Shown piece after piece: positions 7,380 through 16,311 of a stretch of 38,590 nucleotides of DNA. Both the position numbers and the translations under genes were made by a program. The stretch spans positions 1 to 38,590 of the forward strand of contig CAUJJY010000325.1 of the NCBI GenBank assembly GCA_963205155.1, read 5' to 3'. Numbering within the stretch: the stretch's first letter is position 1; each line of letters opens with the position of its first letter. The notes under the pieces are model-generated. The model searched no databases. It had not been told where the DNA came from and saw nothing but the letters and a program-made list of their open reading frames with translations. The DNA is from Candidatus Zixiibacteriota bacterium (lineage in GTDB: Bacteria > Zixibacteria > MSB-5A5 > CAIYYT01).

Positions 7380-8265
7380 TCACACCGTTCCCAATACACC
7401 CGGTCCCGGCCGTTCAATTGCCATTCCTTGGTGGCAAATAGCTATTATCAGCGCCGTCATTCTCTTAATGTACCTGCCAATCTTGGTGCAACTTGCTGGC
7501 GACTGGTACAATGACGACAACTATTCCCACGGCTTTTTGATTATCCCCATCAGTATTTGGCTGGTTTGGCGAAAACGCGAAGTCCTTCGCACTATTCCTT
7601 TGGAATCAAGCAAGTGGGGCATTCCGGTCATTTTGGCATCGTTGGTGGTATTTATCCTTGGAACTGCCGGAATGGAATACTTCACCGCGCGGGTCTCGAT
7701 GGTGAGCCTGATGTTTGGTGTGACCCTTTATCTGGCCGGATATCGCTTTGTCCGCGAAATCTGGTTCGCATTCTTCTTCCTGCTGTTCATGATACCGGCC
7801 CCTTACATCATCTACTACAGCGCTACATTTCCCCTGCAGATGCTTGGCTCCAAGATCGCCGCGTCATTGCTTAGCATTGTTGGCATCCCTCATCTGCGGC
7901 AAGGAAATGTCATCCACCTGCCCGACAACTATTCGCTCGAGGTTGCCGAAGCCTGCTCCGGCTTGCGTTCACTAGTGACGCTGTTGGCGCTTGGGGCACT
8001 GCTGGCTTATCTGACGCAGACTTCCAAGTGGAAAGGCGTCACATTATTCCTTGCGACAGTACCAATCGCGATTGCCGCCAATATCTTTCGAATTTGTGTG
8101 ACCGCCGTCGGCGCCTACGGTATTTCACGCGCCGTCGCCGAAGAGTTCATTCACGAGCTTTCCGGCACCATCGTCTTCATGTTCAGCCTCGTTTGCCTGC
8201 TGATCCTTAGTAGTTTGCTCAAGATGGGTGAGAAGAAAACGGAAGACGGGGAGAAGAGTCCATGA
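7372..8265 (+). CDS. exosortase (EpsH/Xrt family transpeptidase)
   Basis: DDNYSHGFLIIPISIWLVW and the active-site block VAEACSGLRSL. Polytopic membrane protein. Confidence 0.85.
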   Translation: MSNHTVPNTPGPGRSIAIPWWQIAIISAVILLMYLPILVQLAGDWYNDDNYSHGFLIIPISIWLVWRKREVLRTIPLESSKWGIPVILASLVVFILGTAGMEYFTARVSMVSLMFGVTLYLAGYRFVREIWFAFFFLLFMIPAPYIIYYSATFPLQMLGSKIAASLLSIVGIPHLRQGNVIHLPDNYSLEVAEACSGLRSLVTLLALGALLAYLTQTSKWKGVTLFLATVPIAIAANIFRICVTAVGAYGISRAVAEEFIHELSGTIVFMFSLVCLLILSSLLKMGEKKTEDGEKSP

Positions 8266-8900
8266 AGAGATTTCTAATTATCCTTCTCCTGCTTGTGCCG
8301 TTTGGCGCAATGGCGACGGTCCTTCGTTATATCGCCGTTGAGCCCGATCAGCCTTCACGCTTGAACGATATGCCGGTTGAGATCGACGGCTGGAAAGCCG
8401 TTGTTTTTCCGGTCGGCGAAGCTACCGCGGCAGTTCTGCAGGCCACCGAGATACTTCTGCGTGGCTATTCCGACTCCAGCGGAAACTACGTCGGACTATA
8501 TATCGCCTACTTTCAGGACCAAAAATATGGCTCTCAAATCCACTCACCGCGTCACTGTTTACCCGGCGGCGGCTGGGTCCTGACTGGAATCGAACACGTT
8601 CCCTTCAGCGTCGGCGAGCGGAATATCACCGTCAATCGCATGACTATAGCGAAACGTTCTCGCGTCGACCAGATGTTCTACTGGTTCCATACTCGCTCTG
8701 GCGATCTCACTTCAGAATACTCGCTCAAGTTTGATCTTGTGCGCAATTCTCTCTTGTTATCTCCTACCGATGCCGCTATCATTCGCCTGACTGTCGCACA
8801 GGGCGACAGGACTGCCGAAGAATGCCAACAACTGGCGGAGAGATTCATGACAACAATTCTGCCTGAAGTCCGCAAGGCATTGCCGTTCGGTACACTGTAG
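8262..8900 (+). CDS. EpsI family exosortase-associated protein
   Basis: ATGA overlap with the exosortase gene. An N-terminal TM segment is followed by IHSPRHCLPGGGW, the EpsI signature as I recall it. Confidence 0.8.
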   Translation: MKRFLIILLLLVPFGAMATVLRYIAVEPDQPSRLNDMPVEIDGWKAVVFPVGEATAAVLQATEILLRGYSDSSGNYVGLYIAYFQDQKYGSQIHSPRHCLPGGGWVLTGIEHVPFSVGERNITVNRMTIAKRSRVDQMFYWFHTRSGDLTSEYSLKFDLVRNSLLLSPTDAAIIRLTVAQGDRTAEECQQLAERFMTTILPEVRKALPFGTL

Positions 8901-8934
8901 TTTTCGCTGCTAAGGTGAGAGCCCAAACAATTCT

Positions 8935-9822
8935 ATGATGATGCGCGCCATTATCACCCTCATGCGACCCGAACAGTGGGTCAAAAACCTCATTGTTTTC
9001 GGCGCTCTCATCTTCGCCCGCCGTTTCACCAATACACCCGATGTGCTCCACTCGTTGCTAGCCTTCGGTATCCTCTGCCTGCTATCATCCGCCGTCTACA
9101 TTGTCAACGACATCCACGACTGCGAACAGGATAGCCTTCACCCGACGAAAAAGTCTCGTCCGCTTGCCTCGGGTGTGCTCTCGCCCGTCACGGCTCGCAT
9201 ACTTGCGGTCACTCTCATACTTTCCGGTATGGGCGCGTCCTTCTTGCTCCCGCGCGAGTTTCTCTATATTGCCATGATTTTTGTCGCTTTCAATATCCTC
9301 TACACCGCATTGCTCAAGAGCATCGTCATTATCGATGTTATGTCGATTGCGGTCTCGTTCGTGTTGCGGGCCGTTGCTGGTTCGTATGCCATTTCGGTGG
9401 AAACTTCGCCCTGGTTGATTGCCTGCACCTTTCTTTTAGCGCTCTTCCTTGGATTCGGCAAGCGCCGTCATGAACTGATCATCCTCAAAGACCAGGCCGT
9501 CGAACATCGCGTCTCACTCAAAAAGTACTCTCCATATTTTCTTGATCAGCTGATCGGCGTGGTCACCGCTTCCACTGTCGTCGCCTATACTTTCTATACC
9601 CTTTCTCCCGAAATCCAGGAGAAGCTCGGGGTCCAACACCTCGAGTTGACAATACCCTTCGTCCTCTACGGAATATTCCGCTATCTCTATTTGATCCATC
9701 AGGAGGAACGCGGCGGTTCCCCGGCGCAATTGCTGCTTACCGACATGCCGATTCTAATCAATATTGTCTTGTGGTTTCTCTCTGTGATGGCGATATTCTG
9801 GTTTACAGGGGGACATCAATAA
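8935..9822 (+). CDS. UbiA-family prenyl/decaprenyl-phosphate phosphoribosyltransferase-like protein
   Basis: MRPEQWVKNLIVF, YIVNDIHDCEQDSLHP (NDxxD), about 8 TM segments. Confidence 0.8.
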   Translation: MMMRAIITLMRPEQWVKNLIVFGALIFARRFTNTPDVLHSLLAFGILCLLSSAVYIVNDIHDCEQDSLHPTKKSRPLASGVLSPVTARILAVTLILSGMGASFLLPREFLYIAMIFVAFNILYTALLKSIVIIDVMSIAVSFVLRAVAGSYAISVETSPWLIACTFLLALFLGFGKRRHELIILKDQAVEHRVSLKKYSPYFLDQLIGVVTASTVVAYTFYTLSPEIQEKLGVQHLELTIPFVLYGIFRYLYLIHQEERGGSPAQLLLTDMPILINIVLWFLSVMAIFWFTGGHQ

Positions 9823-9858
9823 CCAGTAGTTTGACCGTCTTTACGAGGGTGAAATAAA

Positions 9859-10773
9859 ATGACACGTATTCCACGACTGTTCCCGGCTTTTGCCCTGCTC
9901 ATATCGGCGCTGATTCTTAGCGCCTGCTCCTCTTCCTCTACTCCCAAGGATCCGATGGACGCCATGCGCGTCTTGCTTCCTGGACGGACGGCTTTGAGCG
10001 GTTTGACCTTGAAGGACTCTGCTATCGTTTATGAGCGCAACACCGTCTGGGACTACCTCGGGCAGTATGCGGAGACTTATCTAAACAATGGATTTGATAA
10101 GCTGTCCACGGGAACCTACGTCTCTACTGATAACTCGAAATCCCTCAAGGTAGATTTGATGTTATTCCAGGAGCCAATTGACGCTTTCACCATGTATGCC
10201 TTGCGCCGTAATCCAGCCGGCAAGTTTCTTGACATGCCCGAAGATGCCTACATTGTCGGTGATACTCTGGCGTTCCTCAACGGGAAGTATGTCGGCAAGA
10301 TTCAGCGCAGTGGCAATGTCGCCGATGACGACCTCCTAAAAACCGCCAAACTGATTATTGACAAATTCACGGACACATTGTCGGCAATTCCACGGCTGTT
10401 AGCCGTGTTTCCGGCCGAGGGCAAGGTCCAACACTCGGAACTCAAACTGCCGCGGACTCAAGACCGATTTGACGAAACCCCGGAATTCTATGGTTGCCAA
10501 TATGTTGTTAATGCCGATACAGTCACTCTATATTTCATGCTTAATTCCCAAATTGGCATTTCAATCGCCACCGAGTCATTCCTTGGCAAAGAAGGCAAAA
10601 TTGATGAGTGGCTGATGGAGGGCCAGTTTCAGTCCCTGACTGGCACCCACCCCGGACATGGTCCGGTGTTCTGTGCACAACAGGGCGGAACCTTGGCTGT
10701 TGTAACCGGCTATTCTGATTCACAGAATGCAAGGGCTCTGGTGGAGCGGTTCTTCCAGGACGTACCTAAGTAG
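9859..10773 (+). CDS. lipoprotein, function unknown
   Basis: GAGGGTG SD. Signal peptide with a classical lipobox (LILSAC). Confidence 0.7.
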   Translation: MTRIPRLFPAFALLISALILSACSSSSTPKDPMDAMRVLLPGRTALSGLTLKDSAIVYERNTVWDYLGQYAETYLNNGFDKLSTGTYVSTDNSKSLKVDLMLFQEPIDAFTMYALRRNPAGKFLDMPEDAYIVGDTLAFLNGKYVGKIQRSGNVADDDLLKTAKLIIDKFTDTLSAIPRLLAVFPAEGKVQHSELKLPRTQDRFDETPEFYGCQYVVNADTVTLYFMLNSQIGISIATESFLGKEGKIDEWLMEGQFQSLTGTHPGHGPVFCAQQGGTLAVVTGYSDSQNARALVERFFQDVPK

Positions 10774-10980
10774 CCGGCGAATCATTCCCGCGATTTCAGT
10801 ACCCGGATCGAACCGGGACCCTGAAATCCCGGCTCTACTTCCGAATCGAAGTCGATAGACGGTTTCCTCAGTCGACCAGATTCTGCGTTTACTTTCTTTT
10901 GTGAATAATTTTAATGGGTTGCAAAAATCAACCTATTGCTTAAATTAGAGTTGACCCTACTGGCCGATAGGGAGTGACTA

Positions 10981-12204
10981 TTGCTTTTACGTGTCTTGCT
11001 GATAATAGCGTCGGCGGTCGGGTTTGTATGTCCTTCATTATTTGCGCGGGTTCTTCAGGTCCCGGTAACCTATCCGACTATCCAGGGAGCGATTAACATC
11101 TCCATCACTGGAGATACGGTTCTTGTTTCCCCCGGCGTCTATTTTGAAAATATCAACTTTCGCGGCAAGAGAATTACCGTCGCGTCGCAGTTCATCCTGA
11201 CCGCAAATTCCGACATCATCAATCAGACTATTATTGATGGTAGTCAACCCACTGATTCGGATTCCGGCTCCGTTGTGCGAATCATCTCCGGCGAGGACTC
11301 ACTCGCCGCCTTGCTCGGATTCACAATCCGCAATGGCGTCGGAACGCTGATTCCCGGCAGCTTTGCCGGCGGCGGCATCCTCGTCAGTAATTCCAGCAAT
11401 CCGAGAATTCGCTTCAATATCATTCGCAATAACAACGCGCTTGTTGGTGCTGGTATCGCGGTCAAGAACTCGCGCCCGATCATCGAGTACAATGCCTTCA
11501 CACAGAATTCGTCCCGCGACGGCGGTGGTCTATGGCTTGAGAGTTCATGGATCCAGGTCAATCATAACGTCATTCACGCCAACACCGCGGAACGAAACGG
11601 TGGAGCAATCTTCATTCAAGACTCTTACGCCATCTTCGCCAATAACAGCATCACCAACAACTCCTCGCCATTTTGCGGCGGGATCTACTGCAACGGCGGT
11701 CTTTGGGAAATCATCAACTGTAATTTTTACCAGAATCAGGTTGCCAATTTCAATGGCTGCGGTGATTCCTCGCTCGGCGACAATAGCAAATCCCGAAACT
11801 ATAATCTGGATTCAGCGGACATCTACGATAACATCATGGTAAATCCGCTGTATACCAACGCTGCAACTTTCGATTTCCGCTTGCGCTGCGAGTCACGGCT
11901 GGTCGATGCCGGTACCGAAATCCCCTTTACCTATCCGCAGGGCGGCTCGCGCGAAGATATCGGCATGTTCGAGTTTCAATATCGTGTCGGTGACCCGACT
12001 CTGGACGGCAAAGTCAACCTCTCCGACGCTATCGCTCTGGTCAATGTGATCTTTCTTGGTACCCCGCTTGAATGCCCGCTGTATATGTATGATTGTGATT
12101 GCAGTCGCCGCATAAACGTCGGTGATCTGGTAGCGCTGATCAACTACTGGGCAGGCTTTAGTTCAGTCCCTTCTTGTTTATTCACTCCAACACCCGTCAA
12201 CTAA
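10981..12204 (+). CDS. secreted right-handed beta-helix protein with C-terminal dockerin-like module
   Basis: TTG start after GGGAG. Repeated N-x-I/beta-helix turns (NPRIRFNIIRNN, NHNVIHANTA, FANNSITNN). The C-terminus has GDPTLDGKVNLSDAIALVNVIF and RRINVGDLVALINYWAG, which are EF-hand-like dockerin repeats. Confidence 0.75.
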   Translation: MLLRVLLIIASAVGFVCPSLFARVLQVPVTYPTIQGAINISITGDTVLVSPGVYFENINFRGKRITVASQFILTANSDIINQTIIDGSQPTDSDSGSVVRIISGEDSLAALLGFTIRNGVGTLIPGSFAGGGILVSNSSNPRIRFNIIRNNNALVGAGIAVKNSRPIIEYNAFTQNSSRDGGGLWLESSWIQVNHNVIHANTAERNGGAIFIQDSYAIFANNSITNNSSPFCGGIYCNGGLWEIINCNFYQNQVANFNGCGDSSLGDNSKSRNYNLDSADIYDNIMVNPLYTNAATFDFRLRCESRLVDAGTEIPFTYPQGGSREDIGMFEFQYRVGDPTLDGKVNLSDAIALVNVIFLGTPLECPLYMYDCDCSRRINVGDLVALINYWAGFSSVPSCLFTPTPVN

Positions 12205-12215
12205 CACCAACGAAA

Positions 12216-12246
12216 ACCCCTTGCCGGCTTCCGCGCAACAAGGGGT
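12216..12246. terminator. bidirectional hairpin between convergent genes
   Basis: ACCCCTTG (12216-12223) pairs with CAAGGGGT (12239-12246). On the minus strand the hairpin is followed by TTTCGTT. Confidence 0.4.
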
Positions 12247-12285
12247 CTTACTATTAGGCTTCTGTCCAAATCTGCCTTGCGTCGA

Positions 12286-12870
12286 TTATCTCCGTTGAAA
12301 CAGTCCGGCCAACTGATTGATTGTGCCGCCCATGACAACCATCCACTTGTCGCCCGACTTGCGCACCGACACAACATCCGTTGAAGATTCCGCATCCGTC
12401 GCCTGCAGCTTCATGTGAAACACATGATGACGCAGCTCTTTCCCCTCGTCAACCGAACCGACAAACTGAACCTCGGCGCCGGCAATCATCATGGAAATCT
12501 GCGGCGCCAGACTGGTAATCCAATTCATGGTGCTGGCGTAAAACTGCAGAGAGTCCTTCGCGATGATGCCGTCCCAATCAGTGGCGCCTTCAAAAAACGG
12601 CAGAAGCGGATCCGCCGGATTGCCGGCATCCTTGATATTCGTCAGGAGCGGCGCGATCGTTCCCTTAAACTTGCCCAACTCTGCCGGATGCACTGTCAGC
12701 CCGCAGGCCTTCCAGTCCGCCGCACGTGCTGCATCGAAATATTCCTTTACAATTTGCTGGGAATTGTCGCTCGCCGTCTGACCGCAAGCGATGCCGGCGA
12801 CCAATCCAAATACTAACATTGCGCCGAGCAGTCTCTTGCCCCAAGACCGATGAGCTTTTAAAAATGTCAC
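12286..12870 (-). CDS. lipoprotein, possibly NTF2-like fold
   Basis: Signal peptide ending VAGIAC. The mature part begins QIVKEYFDAARAADWKA, as in small NTF2/DUF4878-type lipoproteins. Confidence 0.7.
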   Translation of the reverse strand: MTFLKAHRSWGKRLLGAMLVFGLVAGIACGQTASDNSQQIVKEYFDAARAADWKACGLTVHPAELGKFKGTIAPLLTNIKDAGNPADPLLPFFEGATDWDGIIAKDSLQFYASTMNWITSLAPQISMMIAGAEVQFVGSVDEGKELRHHVFHMKLQATDAESSTDVVSVRKSGDKWMVVMGGTINQLAGLFQRR

Positions 12871-13055
12871 AAGTACTCCTTATGAAGTTAATTAGCGTGG
12901 GTTCAGGGGAGAGAATATATAAATAATTTTGGCTTGCGTCACTCGAATATCGCCGTGGAGAAGAATTTCCTCACTTGATGCAGTTCCAACCGTAGGTTGG
13001 ACTATCCGCATTTCCCGGCGCCTTTGTCTATTCGCTGTGGTTATCCCCGCCGATT

Positions 13056-14063
13056 TTACTTCTCTTTGACATCCGCCAATAACTTGTCAATGATCTGCAG
13101 GGTGTCAACACCATCCGCTTCAGCATTGAACGATGTCACGATCCGGTGCCGCAGAACCGGTTTGGCGACTAACTGAACATCCTCAATCGAAGGAGTATAA
13201 CGGCCGCTTAAAATTGCATTGGTCTTGGCGCCAAGAATCAAGTACTGCGAAGCCCGTGGTCCTGCACCCCAGGTCACCCAGTTGGCAATGTAGTCGCGTA
13301 CCTGGCCTTCAGTACGGCGCGTGGCTCGAACCAGCTTGATTGCATAGTCGATAACGTGATCCGACACCGGCACCTTCCGCACCAGTTGCTGCAGTTGCTG
13401 AATCTCTGCGCCGCTCATGATCTTGCCGAGATCCTGCCGCATCACCGCCGTCGTCGTTTTGACAATCGCATGTTCTTCCTCATACGACGGGTAATCAACA
13501 TGAATATTAAACATGAAACGGTCAAGCTGCGCTTCCGGAAGGGGATAGGTTCCTTCTTGCTCAATTGGATTCTGTGTCGCAAGCACAAAAAACGGCTCGT
13601 CCAGCTTGAAAGTTTGTCCCGATGCCGTGACCTCGTGCTCCTGCATCGCCTGAAGCAAAGCTGCCTGCGTTTTCGGCGGAGTTCGATTGATTTCGTCTGC
13701 CAGCACAATATTTGCGAAAACCGGACCCTTCACGAACTTGAACTCGCGCTGACCGGTCGATTTGTTCTCTTCCAGAATCTCTGTTCCGGTAATGTCGGAG
13801 GGCATTAGATCAGGTGTGAACTGAATTCGCGAAAATTTCAAATCAAGCACGCGCGCGAGGGTTGAAATCAAAAGCGTCTTCGCTAGTCCCGGAACTCCCA
13901 CCAGTAGGCAATGCCCATTGGAGAGCAAAGCTATCAGCAATTCATCGACGACCCGATCTTGCCCGATGATGACCTTTCCAATTTCAGCCTTGATTCGTGT
14001 CCGCGCGTCCTTTAGCTTCTCGACTGCCTGTAAATCCGCGGACTCTTTGATCTGATCTGCCAT
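13056..14063 (-). CDS. MoxR-family AAA+ ATPase
   Basis: GHCLLVGVPGLAKT (Walker A), RIQFTPDLMPSDITG, LADEINRTPPKTQAALLQAMQE. GGAGGAATAG precedes the ATG. Confidence 0.93.
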   Translation of the reverse strand: MADQIKESADLQAVEKLKDARTRIKAEIGKVIIGQDRVVDELLIALLSNGHCLLVGVPGLAKTLLISTLARVLDLKFSRIQFTPDLMPSDITGTEILEENKSTGQREFKFVKGPVFANIVLADEINRTPPKTQAALLQAMQEHEVTASGQTFKLDEPFFVLATQNPIEQEGTYPLPEAQLDRFMFNIHVDYPSYEEEHAIVKTTTAVMRQDLGKIMSGAEIQQLQQLVRKVPVSDHVIDYAIKLVRATRRTEGQVRDYIANWVTWGAGPRASQYLILGAKTNAILSGRYTPSIEDVQLVAKPVLRHRIVTSFNAEADGVDTLQIIDKLLADVKEK

Positions 14064-14220
14064 CTATTCCTCCGAACATCGTCGACAATTTGTGGGACTT
14101 GGGGCATCGCTTGGCGTCCCGCTTTGGCAATTCGGAAAAAACGGGAATCCAGCCTTGCAAGTCGTAAGCGCCATAACCGCTTATACGGATAAAGCGCTCT
14201 TCAGACTAATATGTTTTCAG

Positions 14221-14925
14221 CTATTTAGGATAATTGACTGCCGCGGTTTTGTCAACCTGGCGTGTGGTAATAACGTCGTCGCGGGAAATCTGTATGGAAT
14301 AACTGAAATTGCCGTCCGTAATGATCGGCTCGGAAAAGTGTAGCTTCAACTCTCCCGGGAACGTCGAGCCTACAACGTTGACCAGCGAAATGAATCCCGA
14401 TTGACCGCCATTGAGCTCGTGATTGGGAATGCGCGCTAACGTTAGAACCGTATCGCTCGGCCCGTTTAAGTAGTAAATTCCGTTGATCCGATAACAGTCC
14501 ACCAAACCGAGAACCTGACACACCTTTTTCCATCGCACAACCTCGATACCCAGAGCAACACTGTCGGCCGTGAACGGCACCATCTGCGAGGTCTCTAAAT
14601 TGTCCTGGTCTGCCGACCTGACAACCAGGCGCGGCTGCTTCAACTCTTCGTAAATGAAACTGATATTGGCTTCCGGCGGATTCTCACCGAACGGAGTGAA
14701 GCGACTCACCTCCGCATTGAACCAGTAGCACCCTTGAGCAAGTACAATCAAGAAAATTCCAGCTGCCGAAAGAATCCAAGGTCTTGCCGAACGCTTGCTG
14801 CGAAAATAGACCGACGTAGTAATGTTGTCTTTGAGCCGACGGGCTATGGAAACAAACACAAACAGCAGACATGCGAGCCCGCTGAAGAACAAAACTGTCC
14901 CGGCTACAAGAAAGAATGTGCCCAA
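14221..14925 (-). CDS. membrane protein (two N-terminal TM segments), function unknown
   Basis: 234-aa ORF with TM1 FFLVAGTVLFFSGLACLLFVFV and TM2 ILSAAGIFLIVLAQGCYWF. No family recognised. Confidence 0.65.
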   Translation of the reverse strand: MGTFFLVAGTVLFFSGLACLLFVFVSIARRLKDNITTSVYFRSKRSARPWILSAAGIFLIVLAQGCYWFNAEVSRFTPFGENPPEANISFIYEELKQPRLVVRSADQDNLETSQMVPFTADSVALGIEVVRWKKVCQVLGLVDCYRINGIYYLNGPSDTVLTLARIPNHELNGGQSGFISLVNVVGSTFPGELKLHFSEPIITDGNFSYSIQISRDDVITTRQVDKTAAVNYPK

Positions 14926-14971
14926 AGTGAGTCCGCCTTATCGAAATCTAAACAATCTCAAGTCAAGCTCT

Positions 14972-15070
14972 TGTGGATAACCATTAAATCGTACTGTTAA
15001 GCATAGACCGCATCGCGTTATCAATCAATGCGTTACAACAATCTCCACATTGTTGTCCGAGTTATCCACA
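14972..15070. promoter_or_regulatory. isolated DnaA-box pair (two perfect 9-mers in inverted orientation)
   Basis: TGTGGATAA at 14972-14980 and TTATCCACA at 15062-15070. A 7/9 box (ATCTCCACA, 15041-15049) overlaps an 8-bp inverted repeat, ACAACAAT/ATTGTTGT (15035-15056). Confidence 0.55.
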
Positions 15071-15092
15071 AAGGCACACTGTTACAGCTCGG

Positions 15093-15518
15093 TTAGAACT
15101 GTGGCTTCTTCTCTACGATCTTATTATCGGGTTTCTGTTCGAATTCTTTTAGGCCTTTCATCTGACAAGACCCGTGAAATATCGCGCCTTGCTCGATGAC
15201 GATGCTTTTTGTCACTAAGTCGCCAACTACCTTGGCTTTAGCCTGCATTTCGGTCTTTTCCGAAGAATGGATGTTTCCGACGACCGTTCCCGCAACCACG
15301 ACGATTTTGGCTTCGATGTCGGCTTCAACTTCACCGGTTGCCCCGATTGACACCGTCTCGTCCGATACGACTTTGCCCTTCACTTTTCCATCGACGCGAA
15401 GTGTGCCCTTGACTTCCATGGTGCCGGTGAAAACACTATCTTTTCCGATGATGGTGCTCAAATTCTCTGCCATCGCATCTTCTCCTTTAATGAGATTGGG
15501 TATTATTGTCTTTGCCAT
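15093..15518 (-). CDS. bactofilin (polymer-forming cytoskeletal protein)
   Basis: Beta-helical repeat pattern FTGTMEVKGTLRVDGKVKGKVVSDETVSIGATGEVEADIEA..VVGNI. The more likely start is ATG 15473, which is preceded by AAGGAG and avoids the 32-nt overlap with the M23 gene. Confidence 0.9.
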   Translation of the reverse strand: MAKTIIPNLIKGEDAMAENLSTIIGKDSVFTGTMEVKGTLRVDGKVKGKVVSDETVSIGATGEVEADIEAKIVVVAGTVVGNIHSSEKTEMQAKAKVVGDLVTKSIVIEQGAIFHGSCQMKGLKEFEQKPDNKIVEKKPQF

Positions 15519-16311
15519 AATAATCTTCCGGATCTACTGGTAGACCGTCAACGCGAACCTCGTAGTGAACATGCGGCGCCGTGCTGACGCCCGTGCTCCC
15601 CGACAGCGCAATCGCCTGTCCGTAGCGAACTAATTGCCCGGTCGTTACCAGTAATGTGTCATTGTGTCCATACATTGTTTCGACATTATTCAAATGTTTC
15701 AGCACTACCTTCCAGCCAAAAGAGTCATCCCATCCGGCAAAAGCCACTTCGCCATCCGCCGTTGCAATCACGCGCGTTCCCTTCTTGACAGCCAGGTCAA
15801 TGCCGAGATGCCGCGTCTTGGGATTATCCGCCGTTGGCCGAAACGTTCGCGAGACAAATCCCTGTACCGGCAGCCCCTTTGGCGTGCCAACAGGTCCTTG
15901 GAAAGTATCTGCCTGCTCTGTTATCAGAGCCGGTTCCTTTGAAACTGCCGTCGACTCGGCGGAAGAGAGAACCTCCACCGGCGTCTCCATTCCATATTGT
16001 GCCAAGTCGATTCCCGCCAGAGTCGCAACTTGACCAAGCATACTGCGGTAAGCCTGCAAATTGTTCTCGAGAAGCACTATCTTGGAATTCAGGCGGCGTA
16101 GTTCCTCGTTTTCCTGAACTAATTCCTCCCGCTCATTTGAATGGACAACCAATCGCGCATATGTAAACGTGCCGACGATCGACACAATTATCAGCAATCC
16201 AACGACTCCAATGATAACATAATAGAGAAGTCGTGAAAATTTGATCGTCACCGGCTGCTTGCCGGTTTCGAATATCAGCATCAAGGTGATTTGCTGCCCG
16301 AGACTTGACAT
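15487..16311 (-). CDS. M23 family metallopeptidase with N-terminal TM and coiled coil (LmdC-like architecture)
   Basis: TM LLYYVIIGVVGLLIIVSIVGTF, coiled coil EELVQENEELRRLNSKIVLLENNLQAYR, LytM motifs HLGIDL (HxxxD) and PHVHYE (HxH). Its ATG directly abuts the parB stop (TAAATG). Confidence 0.9.
   Translation of the reverse strand: MSSLGQQITLMLIFETGKQPVTIKFSRLLYYVIIGVVGLLIIVSIVGTFTYARLVVHSNEREELVQENEELRRLNSKIVLLENNLQAYRSMLGQVATLAGIDLAQYGMETPVEVLSSAESTAVSKEPALITEQADTFQGPVGTPKGLPVQGFVSRTFRPTADNPKTRHLGIDLAVKKGTRVIATADGEVAFAGWDDSFGWKVVLKHLNNVETMYGHNDTLLVTTGQLVRYGQAIALSGSTGVSTAPHVHYEVRVDGLPVDPEDYYGKDNNTQSH

Noticed and set aside
10791-10829. tRNA-like sequence (minus strand GGTCCCGGTTCGATCCGGG resembles a T-arm)
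   Set aside because: The CCCGG/CCGGG stem encloses only a 6-nt loop, and I could not build an acceptor, D or anticodon arm. The region folds instead as one two-tier hairpin (GATTTCAG..CCCGG-atcgaa-CCGGG..CTGAAATC) after the lipoprotein gene. It may be a terminator-like structure or a tRNA remnant, but it is not a tRNA gene.
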